In this document: positions 39,513 through 48,487 of the stretch, piece after piece
Layout of the letters: each line of letters begins with the position of its first letter
How positions within the stretch are numbered: position 1 is the stretch's first letter
Origin: Candidatus Micrarchaeota archaeon
GTDB lineage: Archaea; Micrarchaeota; Micrarchaeia; Micrarchaeales; CABMGC01
DNA length: 48,487 nt
Assembly: GCA_027365725.1 (NCBI GenBank)
Contig: DAHXMA010000012.1
Span: forward strand, 1 to 48,487
Direction of reading: 5' to 3'
Position numbers and translations under genes: made by a program
The notes under the pieces: generated by a model
Database searches by the model: none
What the model was told of the DNA's origin: nothing
What the model saw: only the letters and a program-made list of their open reading frames with translations

Positions 39513-42500
39513 TAGCCTGGCATAGAGTAGTTGTTTTTCACATACGAAGGCTTGGGGGTGACTTCCGGCAGTGTGCCGGAGAAGTTGTCAAGCTGGAATA
39601 TCATTATCTGGTGGGTGCCGTTAATAAAGTTTATGCCTGTGAAGTTGCTCGGATAGACCAGGGTGTAGCCTTTTCCTAGGCTGCCAAGGAAAAATCCGCG
39701 GTAATATGTGGAGCTGTAGAACTTTGACGGAGCGTCTGTTATTGAGCCGTTGGGCCCGTTTGGCGCATATATAAGCATGAAGCTTATGAATTGCTGGCCC
39801 GAAAGCACGGCAGATCCGCCGTAGTATGCGGTACTTATTATGGCATTTGTCTTGGTGCCGTTGGAGCTTAGCAGGTATGTCGCGTTTCCTGTCTGTAGGA
39901 ATGACTCAGGGACGCAGTAGGACTGGTTTAGCTCTGACTGGCCAAGGATAGGTATTGATTTAAGTGCCACTGTGCTTACGTTGCCTGGGAACGTGCAGTA
40001 GTCGTTTATGTTTGACGAGCTTGGTATCGGAATAAGCAAATACACTGGGTCGTGGGTGATTTCGCAGTTTGACGTGCCCAAAACATACGGCTGTCCTTGC
40101 TGCTTTCCTGCTTGCAGGGCGAACTGGAGCCCCGTCTGGTTTATGTATGTGCACCCGAGGAAGTCAAGGGCGCCCCATTTTGGCACAAGCTCATTGTCGA
40201 ACAGTATGTATTTGGCCTGAACGCTATCCATATAAGATGCAAGTGCAGAGGTGTTGAATCCGTCGCTGCTTCCGAATACGTAGTGGGCTGCAGCCTGGTA
40301 GTCTGCTGTTGGGACTGAGTTGTCCCCCCTTAGCACGGCGTTGCTGTTGCCAAACCAGTTTATCCAGTCGCCATAGTCCCACCATGAGAGGATGCGTGGC
40401 GCATACGGCCCTACGTTTGCCTTCATCCAGGCAGTAGCTGACAGCCAATAGTTAGGGATGTTGTTGCATAATATTGACGCGCCCAACTGATTGCTGCTGT
40501 TTGTTATGCTGCCGCAGTTGCTGTTTAAAGAAGCGGTTATTAGCTGGTAGCTAGTTGGCAGCGCCTCGAAAAGCAGTATAAGTATGCCTAATACTGCAAC
40601 GGCCTTCTTTGCGTTATCGCTCCAGAGCCTTGAATGGTAAAGCGTGATTTCGCCAAGTATTATGCATATTGCCAATATATATGCGACTCCGAAATGGGGC
40701 AGGTATTCTACTTCTATGAACCCTACGAATGCAAGCGGCCATATGGCTGCGATTGCAAGTATTCCGGATTTTGAATTGCGCTTTATTATAGCGGTTATTG
40801 CAAGGGCCGAGAAAAGTATTAGCACGGCCCATACTATTATGCTTATGCCGCCTATGCTGTCCCCGATTATGCCAAACCCTCCAGGGCCGAAATTATATGT
40901 AAGGAACCCGGTTGGCGCATATTCCTGAACCGTCATGAAAAGCGGAATGCTTGGGGTGGTGTAGTGCTTGCTTAGCTGTATGTACTTCTGGAATGGGTGG
41001 CCTATCGGAGTGAAGATGATTAATATCAGTGCGATGATTACCAGAACTGCAAGCCATTCAAGATATATTGCTGTGTCAAGGCGCTTTAGGTACTTCCTTT
41101 CCTTTGCAAGTTTTGGTATAAACTCGAAAAGTGCTATGAAAATAAGTGATAGTATCGGAAATGCGACAATGACTGACACACCGAATATGTTAGGGACTGC
41201 GTTTGCCAATGTGGCGTCATAGAAGCTGTAGAGCACATAGAGGAACGTTATTACTGCAAGCATTATTGCATTCATCCTGTAGAAATCGGTGTTATCCTCC
41301 CTGCGCAGCACGTTTATCAGGCCTTGCAGCAGAAGGTATATGGAAAGCACGGCAGCGGGCACAGTGAAGTAGTGCGCTCCGAGGAAATTTGATGCAAAGG
41401 CTATGGCGGCAAGCACCGCGAACCTTTTCTCCTTTGGATTGTTTACTGCGAGTATGTATGCTGCATAGAAGAAGAATAGTGCGAATATGCCCCATGGTTC
41501 AAGCAGCTGGTTTCCGGCAAGGAACGTTGTTATCAGCACTGGCATGGAAGCTGCAAGCCCAGCGCCGATAAGCGCTGGATACTGGCCGTATTCATGGTAA
41601 AGGAACATGAAGACTACAAATACGAGCAGCGCCGCAGTTATTGGAGGATAGAAGCTGCTTACTGAAGCAAGCAGGTTTGTGTTTATTGTAGTGCTGTTGG
41701 GGTTGCCTCCCGCAAGGTTATACCAGTAAGCCTCTATGTAAGGTATTATTGGCTGCACCCGGTGGTATGTGCCGTTTACAAGGCTCGGCCAGGCCGCGTG
41801 GTCGTAAAGTAGCTGGTATCCATATGTCAATATGTACTGTGTGCTTATCATGTCAAAGTACGGGTCGAACTGAAAGTATGTTGAAGCGGTAGATATGTTG
41901 AGCATCCTGGCGCCGAATGCAAGGACCATTATCACAAGAAGGGCAACCCACATTAGGTTATTGCTGCGTTTTTTGGCATCTCCAACGCTTGAACTCATGT
42001 CCAGCAGCTTTTTTTCTTCGGCTTCATGCGCTTCGAACAGGTTGCGCTCCTGCTCATAATGTGATTCTTCTATCTTTCTGCGCTCCTCGGTACCTGCGCT
42101 TGCCAGCAACTCCATTTCCTCTGCGTGGCTGCGTATTAGTGCCTCTTCCTCCCTCTCGTGGTCTTTTATTATCTTTATGTCAGTGTTGAGCTCTGATATC
42201 GTTTTGCGCAGGTTTGACACGCGCTTCTTGTAGTCTGATTCGACCTCCCTCTTGGTTATTGAAGGCTTTGACAGCTTGATGAAGCTGAAATAACCTGATG
42301 AGAATGCACCCTGCTGCCACGAAAGCACTATCCCGATTATCGTAAGAAGTATTACGTTGGCATTGTACAGGCTGTTAGAGAAGGAAAAGATTGGCGATAT
42401 GGGTATGAGATAGGATTCTAGCCAGGTTATTGCTGGAGGGAATATCATTCCGAATATGAACCCTATTATTGCAATTTCGATTATGTGCAGCTTCGTCTTG

Positions 42501-42580
42501 TTTAGCAGGGCGAGTGACAGGAAGAATCCTGGAAGTATTATGGATATTGCGCCTATTATTAGTGGTATAAATATCGACAT
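39512..42580 (-). CDS. aglB: Oligosaccharyltransferase AglB/STT3 with N-terminal extension
   Basis: FDPY, TVQE and SWWDYG motifs; many TM helices; adjacent GT4. Confidence 0.88.
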   Translation of the reverse strand: MSIFIPLIIGAISIILPGFFLSLALLNKTKLHIIEIAIIGFIFGMIFPPAITWLESYLIPISPIFSFSNSLYNANVILLTIIGIVLSWQQGAFSSGYFSFIKLSKPSITKREVESDYKKRVSNLRKTISELNTDIKIIKDHEREEEALIRSHAEEMELLASAGTEERRKIEESHYEQERNLFEAHEAEEKKLLDMSSSVGDAKKRSNNLMWVALLVIMVLAFGARMLNISTASTYFQFDPYFDMISTQYILTYGYQLLYDHAAWPSLVNGTYHRVQPIIPYIEAYWYNLAGGNPNSTTINTNLLASVSSFYPPITAALLVFVVFMFLYHEYGQYPALIGAGLAASMPVLITTFLAGNQLLEPWGIFALFFFYAAYILAVNNPKEKRFAVLAAIAFASNFLGAHYFTVPAAVLSIYLLLQGLINVLRREDNTDFYRMNAIMLAVITFLYVLYSFYDATLANAVPNIFGVSVIVAFPILSLIFIALFEFIPKLAKERKYLKRLDTAIYLEWLAVLVIIALILIIFTPIGHPFQKYIQLSKHYTTPSIPLFMTVQEYAPTGFLTYNFGPGGFGIIGDSIGGISIIVWAVLILFSALAITAIIKRNSKSGILAIAAIWPLAFVGFIEVEYLPHFGVAYILAICIILGEITLYHSRLWSDNAKKAVAVLGILILLFEALPTSYQLITASLNSNCGSITNSSNQLGASILCNNIPNYWLSATAWMKANVGPYAPRILSWWDYGDWINWFGNSNAVLRGDNSVPTADYQAAAHYVFGSSDGFNTSALASYMDSVQAKYILFDNELVPKWGALDFLGCTYINQTGLQFALQAGKQQGQPYVLGTSNCEITHDPVYLLIPIPSSSNINDYCTFPGNVSTVALKSIPILGQSELNQSYCVPESFLQTGNATYLLSSNGTKTNAIISTAYYGGSAVLSGQQFISFMLIYAPNGPNGSITDAPSKFYSSTYYRGFFLGSLGKGYTLVYPSNFTGINFINGTHQIMIFQLDNFSGTLPEVTPKPSYVKNNYSMPG

Positions 42581-42596
42581 CTAAGACCATTATAAG

Positions 42597-42663
42597 AAGT
42601 AATTAATACTTGCTGCCAAGTAATTAACACTTGCTAGTGATTGATAAGATTTTATTAATTACT
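42597..42663. promoter_or_regulatory. Operator-like repeat array in the divergent aglB/GGR intergenic region
   Basis: aagtaattaatacttgct (42597-42614) and aagtaattaacacttgct (42618-42635), plus inverted partial copy tattaattact (42653-42663). Confidence 0.6.
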
Positions 42664-42687
42664 AAGGATTATTAAAGTTGTGCTTAT

Positions 42688-43788
42688 TTGCGGTTTTCAG
42701 CATCAATAATAGGGGCAGGTACTGCAGGCCTTATTTCGGCAAGGGAGCTTGCAAAGCGCGGGATAGACGCCGAAGTTTATGACCAGAAGGCAGTCCCGGG
42801 ACTTCCGGTTAGGGCTTCTGGTATAGTGTCGTTCTCTGGCATTGATTCGCTTGGTATAGAATATTCGAGCTGTATGACGAACAGGCTTTATGGCGCCACG
42901 ATACACGCTGGGGGAAGGAGCCTTAGAATACGTTCAAGAAATCCGGTTGCAGCAGTACTTGATAGGCATAAACTCAATGAAAAGTGCATTGACGATGCAC
43001 AGGCCGCAGGCGCAAAGGTAAATTTGGGGCGGAGAGTTGTTGGGGCTGACCTTGATAGGATGGCAAATGGCGGGGTTGTGATTGGCGCTGACGGAGCTCT
43101 GTCAGCAACTGCAAGGCATTTTGGGCTTGGGGAGATTGGGAAAATAACACTGACATACAAGGCAGTATTTAATGTAGACGTGCAGGATCCGGGAATGGTT
43201 GACCTGTTCTTTGACAGGAAAGAATACCCTGGCCTGTTTGCGTGGCTGTGCCCGAATGACAAGGACCTGCTTGAGGTAGGCGTGGGCATAACATCCAAAA
43301 ACACAAATGCCAAGGCGGCATATCGTAAACTGCTCAGGGACAAGCGCGTTGGCGAAATTTTGGGCAATGCAAAGGCAATAGACGAAAACGCGTCAATAAT
43401 TCCGATGAGGCTAAGGGGAAGGATAGTTGACGCCAAAAGAAAGGTGCTGCTTGTGGGGGATGCGGCAGGGCAGGTCAAGGCAGCTACTGGAGGCGGGATT
43501 GTTTATGGGGGAAATGCAGCGCTTATTGCCGCTGACACTATAGCAAAATATTATGAGACAGGATATGGACTTCGTGAATATGAAGCAAGGTACAGGAAGG
43601 CATATGGATTTGACATGCTGCTCCATTCCGCTATAAACAGGCTTTATTCTGCAGTTGGAACTTACCCGATGGGAACTGCCCTGATGATGATGGAAAGACT
43701 TGGTATTGGAGGTTTTCTTTCCGAGTACGGGGACATGGACAGCCCAAGCCTAATCCTCAGGCGGTTTTTCCTTAGGAAGTTCGCCTGA
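42688..43788 (+). CDS. Geranylgeranyl reductase family flavoprotein
   Basis: IIGAGTAG, IGADG, PGLFAWLCP and LVGDAAGQVKAATGGGI motifs; TTG start. Confidence 0.88.
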   Translation: MRFSASIIGAGTAGLISARELAKRGIDAEVYDQKAVPGLPVRASGIVSFSGIDSLGIEYSSCMTNRLYGATIHAGGRSLRIRSRNPVAAVLDRHKLNEKCIDDAQAAGAKVNLGRRVVGADLDRMANGGVVIGADGALSATARHFGLGEIGKITLTYKAVFNVDVQDPGMVDLFFDRKEYPGLFAWLCPNDKDLLEVGVGITSKNTNAKAAYRKLLRDKRVGEILGNAKAIDENASIIPMRLRGRIVDAKRKVLLVGDAAGQVKAATGGGIVYGGNAALIAADTIAKYYETGYGLREYEARYRKAYGFDMLLHSAINRLYSAVGTYPMGTALMMMERLGIGGFLSEYGDMDSPSLILRRFFLRKFA

Positions 43789-44283
43789 CTTTGCCTGGGC
43801 AAGTGCCTTTTTTGCCATTTCCTCCCTGATCTTGAGTTCCTTATTTATGCGCTCTAGGTCCTCTCCCTTTAGCACCTTGGTGAGAATATACCTGGAATAG
43901 TCCATTGATATCTGGGAAAGACTCAGAAGGAGCGTGTTGAGGTGTCCCGCCTTTATGACATAGTCGCCCTGTGGCTTTAGCACTTCTATTGCGACCGGGG
44001 ACAGGTTAAATACGACGTTTATAAGAGCGCCAAGGTCATTGAAGAGCACAGTGACAATGGCGTTTGTTGAGTACGTTCCGTCAATCAGAATTGGGTTGTC
44101 TATGCTGCCAAAGCCATACATCACCCCTGGGGACTTAAGCAGCCTCTCATTTACAAGGTCTGACATTAGCGGCTGCAACTCTTCACTGTCCTTGCTCTGC
44201 ATGTCAAAATACAGTTTGGCAAGTATGCCTCCTTTGCGTATCGCCTTTTCTGTGATCTCATTGACCTCGTTTTTTTGTGGCAT
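43750..44283 (-). CDS. Hypothetical protein
   Basis: 177-aa ORF directly following hisS (TAA-ATG); alternating beta/alpha pattern. Confidence 0.7.
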   Translation of the reverse strand: MPQKNEVNEITEKAIRKGGILAKLYFDMQSKDSEELQPLMSDLVNERLLKSPGVMYGFGSIDNPILIDGTYSTNAIVTVLFNDLGALINVVFNLSPVAIEVLKPQGDYVIKAGHLNTLLLSLSQISMDYSRYILTKVLKGEDLERINKELKIREEMAKKALAQAKSGELPKEKPPED

Positions 44284-45591
44284 TTACTCGCCTTTGATCT
44301 TTGATATTGCGGCCTGGATTTCTAAAAGCTCCTCCTGGCCGGACTGCATGTCGCGCAGATTCACCTTTCCTTGCGCTATCTCGCGGCTTCCTACTATTGC
44401 AACGTATCTTATTCCAAGCGAATTTGCGTAATCAAGCTGCTTTGATACGCCTTTTTCGGACACGCTTAGGTCCGTGTATATGCCTGCATTTCGCATGGCT
44501 TTTGATGCAGATACTGCATAATCAATGCTTTGTTCGCCTATGGGGGCAATGAGCACTTTTGAGTATGTCTTGAGCTTTGAGTAGCTTTCCTGCAGGTCGA
44601 ATATCCTGCTTATGCCAATTGAGAATCCCACTGCCGGCAGGTTCGATTTTGAATACATTCCTATAAGCCCGTCATATCTGCCTCCTGAGGCTATGGAAGG
44701 GAGCCTCTTGCCTTCCTGGCTTATTATAACCTCCCAGACAAAGCCGGTGTAGTAGTCCATTCCCCTTGCAAGGGACAGGTCAACGGCCACCTTGCCGGAC
44801 AGGTCAGCCTTGCCGAGCAGGGAAAGAAGAGATTTCATCTTTTGCGCCTCTTGCTTTGCCGGGTCTATCTCCATCTCCAGCTTCTCAAGCTTCTCGTCGT
44901 TGGTCGCCTTCATGTTCATGAATGATATCATTTCCTGGGCATCATTTTCCTGCATTCCCAGCTGCTTGAGCCCGTCGACCGTTTCGCTTACGCTTGTCTT
45001 GTGCATCTTGTCTATTAACCGTATGGCAGCGATGGTTTTTGGCTCTGGTACGTGGAAATGGCCTACGATTGCATTAAGTATCGGCCTGCTGTTTATTAGC
45101 AGCATGGCGGTGCTTACGCCTATTGAGTCTATGGCATCCATTGTTGCGGATATGCACTCGAAGTCGCTTAACTGCGAGGCGCTGCCGACAATATCGACGT
45201 CTGCCTGTATGAACTCCCTGGAGCGCATGTGCTGCGGTTCGTCCCTGCGCCAGACAGTGCCTATCTGGTATCTCCTGAAAGGCAGCGGTATGTCCTTGTT
45301 CATTGACATATAGCGCGCAAGAGGCACGGTAAAGTCAAAGCGTAGGGCGGATTCCTTGCCCTCTATGAAATACATCTCCTTTGTCTGCTCCTCGCCATAT
45401 GCTTTAGCTGACAGAACCTCTGATTTTTCTATGGAAGGTGTTATTATTGGGGAAAACCCGTGCCTCTTAAACACCTCTTCCACGACTGAGAGCATATTGT
45501 TAAGGCGTATGGCGTCATGCGTGCCAAAATCCCTTGTGCCGCGGGGTATGTCTAGCGGGCTTGTGCCTGTAGCTTTTATGGCCATCGGCAT
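44284..45591 (-). CDS. hisS: Histidine--tRNA ligase
   Basis: PRGTRDF, LRFDFTVP, ARGMDYYTG and GGRYD motifs; C-terminal anticodon-binding domain. Confidence 0.96.
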   Translation of the reverse strand: MPMAIKATGTSPLDIPRGTRDFGTHDAIRLNNMLSVVEEVFKRHGFSPIITPSIEKSEVLSAKAYGEEQTKEMYFIEGKESALRFDFTVPLARYMSMNKDIPLPFRRYQIGTVWRRDEPQHMRSREFIQADVDIVGSASQLSDFECISATMDAIDSIGVSTAMLLINSRPILNAIVGHFHVPEPKTIAAIRLIDKMHKTSVSETVDGLKQLGMQENDAQEMISFMNMKATNDEKLEKLEMEIDPAKQEAQKMKSLLSLLGKADLSGKVAVDLSLARGMDYYTGFVWEVIISQEGKRLPSIASGGRYDGLIGMYSKSNLPAVGFSIGISRIFDLQESYSKLKTYSKVLIAPIGEQSIDYAVSASKAMRNAGIYTDLSVSEKGVSKQLDYANSLGIRYVAIVGSREIAQGKVNLRDMQSGQEELLEIQAAISKIKGE

Positions 45592-45597
45592 CAGCGC

Positions 45598-45912
45598 TCA
45601 GAGATTCTTATCGAGCCATTTCTTAAAAGAGTCCTTTGGAAGGGCGCCGACAGACATTGCCTTTACCTCCCCGTTCTGAAACAGCAGGACAGTTGGTATG
45701 CTCATTATGTTGTACTTTGCGGCTATCTCGTTGTTTTCGTCGGTATTTAGCTTGCCGAACTTGGCCTTTTTTTCATAGGATTTTGATACTTCGTCTATTA
45801 TTGGAGAAAAGATACGGCAGGGTCCGCACCAAGCCGCCCAGAAGTCCACAACCACAGGCGTACTTGAGCTCAGCACTTCCTTATCGAAATTTTCTTTTGT
45901 TAGTTCCAGCAT
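45598..45912 (-). CDS. trxA: Thioredoxin
   Basis: DFWAAWCGPC and SIPT motifs. Confidence 0.96.
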   Translation of the reverse strand: MLELTKENFDKEVLSSSTPVVVDFWAAWCGPCRIFSPIIDEVSKSYEKKAKFGKLNTDENNEIAAKYNIMSIPTVLLFQNGEVKAMSVGALPKDSFKKWLDKNL

Positions 45913-45913
45913 T

Positions 45914-47029
45914 TTAACCACTAGTATGTGTTTTGTTTTTTAAGGAATATAAACTTTTGGGACTGCCGCGGGCGCCGCGCCGGGGCGCAGGCTCGCCTTT
46001 GCGCAGCTTATTGTAAAGGACAAGCAGGGTTATTGCAGACACTGCAAGGAAGCCGAGCCAGATATGGTATGCCTGGAAGTCGCTTATGGCGAAAACAATT
46101 GCCAGTGAGATGTTTATGAAAGCGAAAAGAGGAGGTATTGCAGGAAGTGCCACCCTGTATCTCTTTAGCAGGTACATGGTGAACACCATTCCGCAAATTG
46201 CACCGATTATCACAAGCACTGCATCGAAGATGCTTAGCAGGCTTATGTAAATGCTCACTGCAAGCATCAGCGGCATCGCAAGGTCGCCGCTGCCCAGCTG
46301 CACCTGCGACACTATTGGGTATATCCTCTGGCGTATAAGGCTGCGCAGCTGTGGGTCCTTGGCGTGTTTGCTTTGGTCCGCTTTCTTGTAGTCAAGTATG
46401 TCGCGTTTTGATAGGTATGCGCCGGGTATTGCCTCTACGTCGGTTGACCCTATCAGGAAAGCCATGTTCCTTGCGGAGATTGCCTGGGCCATTGATATCA
46501 TGTGCTTTGTTACGAACACTGCGATGTAATCATACACGGCTATTAGCATCATTAGGAAATACGCAAGATAGAATCCGTTCAGCCCTATCAATATGCCCAC
46601 TCCGATGCTGGATGTGACTGCAATTAGGTTGCGCAGCTTGGGCCTGAGGTTCTTTGCTATTATGAGGGATATTGTGACAATCGCGGCAATGCCTAAGATA
46701 TAGTATTGGCTTGCCTGCGGGAACGCTGCGCTCAATATGGCGAATATCACAAAGCCTGTCGCAAGCATGACGACCAGGGCCTCCATTGCAGGGAACAGCA
46801 GCCTGCCGCTGTAGAACTTGAAGAAGAGTATCAATGCTGCCGCAACCACTATAATGTATACTGCATAGAATACCGCAGCCTCGAATGAATTTATCCCTGC
46901 GGAGCTGCTTTGGACATAGAACTGAAGGGCAGAGGTGGAATATATGGTTATGAGGAGCCCGGCAAACTGCACTATCATGAACAGTACTATTATGTTTGCA
47001 AGCTGCCTTGCCTCTATGCGCCGCTCCAG
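45914..47029 (-). CDS. Presenilin/A22-family intramembrane aspartyl protease
   Basis: VYDYIAV, LGSGD and LPAIP motifs; multiple TM helices; likely CTG start at 47029 (track start 46978). Confidence 0.88.
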   Translation of the reverse strand: MERRIEARQLANIIVLFMIVQFAGLLITIYSTSALQFYVQSSSAGINSFEAAVFYAVYIIVVAAALILFFKFYSGRLLFPAMEALVVMLATGFVIFAILSAAFPQASQYYILGIAAIVTISLIIAKNLRPKLRNLIAVTSSIGVGILIGLNGFYLAYFLMMLIAVYDYIAVFVTKHMISMAQAISARNMAFLIGSTDVEAIPGAYLSKRDILDYKKADQSKHAKDPQLRSLIRQRIYPIVSQVQLGSGDLAMPLMLAVSIYISLLSIFDAVLVIIGAICGMVFTMYLLKRYRVALPAIPPLFAFINISLAIVFAISDFQAYHIWLGFLAVSAITLLVLYNKLRKGEPAPRRGARGSPKSLYSLKNKTHTSG

Positions 47030-47041
47030 AAAAACACCTGC

Positions 47042-48487
47042 TTATTCCTCTTCGTGCTTTACCATCTTATATGTTCCTGCTTTTGGCGAGTAGATGTCAC
47101 CTGTTTTTACAAGCTCGTCCATGTATTTTTCAGCTTCGTTGCGGCTTATTCCCTGCGCTTCGGCCTCGTCAAGTATTTTTGGGTACTGGGCGCCTGCGCC
47201 TTCGGAATCAAGCTTCTTTATTATTGATATTATTGAATTTATCTTGCTCACCTTCTCCTTGGGGAATCCTGTCATTATGCGGTCAATGTCTATCCTGCCG
47301 GAGGTGTCCACTGCCAATGTCTTGAACATGTGCTCGAAAAGGGATATTGCAAGCTCAGAGTCCTTCACATCTATGCTGGGGGAAAGCCTCGACTTTGCGC
47401 TTGCCTCTGCCATCCTCACCAGGCCCTCTATCTGCCTTGGCGTTATCGGGGTTGCGCCGGTCTTTATGCCCATGCGCCTTAGCCCTATGTAATAATCCTC
47501 TATCCTCTTGCTCGATTCGGGGGTCAGCCGGGGTACAACGTTCCTCTTTGCATATGCTATGTATTTCCTTAGTATTTCTGGGCTCACCGGCGGCGCCTGA
47601 ACCTGCATATATTCTGTAATGCCGGAAACCTGGGCGCCTGCGGCCTCATGCTGCGCGAGTATGTGCCTTGCTATTGACTTGTCCTGCTCCTCGTCCATTA
47701 TATCCTGTATTGGGAATATCAAATCGAACCTTGACAGCAGCGCAGGAGATATGTTGAACTGCTCCGCCGGGTATGCGGCCTTGTCGAACCTGCCGAATTT
47801 CGGGTTGGCTGCAGCTAGGACCGAGGTTTTTGCTGAAAACCTTGCGACTATACCGGCTTTTGCTACGCTAATTGTCTGCGACTCGAGGGCTTCGAGTAGG
47901 GAGGATTTGTCATCCTCGCTTATCTTGTCGAATTCGTCTATGCTTACCTCTCCGCCTGATCCTAGGACAAGTGCGCCTGCCTTTAGGGTCCACCCTCCCT
48001 CTGAAAATTCATCCCTTTCTGCTGATGCTGTAAGCCCAGCAGATGTCGTAGATTTTCCGCTAACGTATATGCCTTTTGGCACTATTGCTGTTACGGCCTG
48101 CAGAAGCCTTGTTTTTGCGCTTCCTGGGTCGCCTATGAGAAGTATGTGTATGTCGCTTCTTATCTGGCCTCCGTCAACCAGCTTCTTGTCAGGCGTGCCG
48201 CCGAACAATTGCAGTGCCAGGGCCTGCTTTATCTCATCGTATCCGTAAATTGATGGCGCTATGGACTGGGAAACCTTGTCGAATATATTTGGGTCTTTTG
48301 ACATCTCTATTATTGCCTTCTGCTCTTCAGCGCTTATCTCAATCTCTGCGAATTCTTTCTGCTTCGGCTTCAGTGCCAGCGTGTCAAAATATGGGGTGAA
48401 CAGAACCTTGTCCTCCTTGCCTTTTGACGTTCTCCTTGGCCTTATCCTAAGTATGCCGGTTATGGAGACCCTGTCCCCAGGTATTAT
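47042..48487 (-). CDS. mcm: MCM replicative helicase (5'-truncated by window)
   Basis: GDPGSAK Walker A, IDEFDK Walker B, AAANP, SRFD and TPRQ motifs; C-terminal wHTH. Confidence 0.96.
   Translation of the reverse strand: MIPGDRVSITGILRIRPRRTSKGKEDKVLFTPYFDTLALKPKQKEFAEIEISAEEQKAIIEMSKDPNIFDKVSQSIAPSIYGYDEIKQALALQLFGGTPDKKLVDGGQIRSDIHILLIGDPGSAKTRLLQAVTAIVPKGIYVSGKSTTSAGLTASAERDEFSEGGWTLKAGALVLGSGGEVSIDEFDKISEDDKSSLLEALESQTISVAKAGIVARFSAKTSVLAAANPKFGRFDKAAYPAEQFNISPALLSRFDLIFPIQDIMDEEQDKSIARHILAQHEAAGAQVSGITEYMQVQAPPVSPEILRKYIAYAKRNVVPRLTPESSKRIEDYYIGLRRMGIKTGATPITPRQIEGLVRMAEASAKSRLSPSIDVKDSELAISLFEHMFKTLAVDTSGRIDIDRIMTGFPKEKVSKINSIISIIKKLDSEGAGAQYPKILDEAEAQGISRNEAEKYMDELVKTGDIYSPKAGTYKMVKHEEE

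Noticed and set aside
42597-42663. Mini-CRISPR array or replication-origin ORB boxes
   Set aside because: Only 3 nt separate the repeats, and there are no cas genes, no ORB G-string and no adjacent cdc6

Overview
Gene-dense archaeal chromosomal segment, most likely from a DPANN lineage such as Micrarchaeota (an inference from gene content, divergent core proteins and the style of the surface proteins). It carries the RNA polymerase operon (rpoH, B'', B', A', A''), Cys-, Trp- and His-tRNA synthetases, KEOPS Kae1/Bud32, ahcY, lemA-htpX, an adk-DUF106-L34e-cmk-L14e operon remnant, a thermosome subunit, ribL, AglB plus a GT4, a geranylgeranyl reductase, thioredoxin, a presenilin-type protease, MCM and tRNA-Gly(TCC). 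A 37-aa ribosomal protein eL41 gene, missed by the ORF track, sits upstream of ahcY. Accessory content includes a 2707-aa modular surface protein with four DUF2341-like modules (one nested inside an Ig-like repeat), a membrane-anchored ArsR-HTH/DUF4382-like regulator next to the thermosome, a helical-repeat protein, and several orphan genes inserted into conserved operons. Notable oddities are a Cys-to-Asp change at a CysRS zinc ligand, a strongly divergent RNAP bridge helix, an N-terminally extended AglB and a phased operator-like array between aglB and the reductase. No CRISPR array, rRNA, integrase or transposase was seen. All family assignments come from motifs recognised by eye, not from searches.
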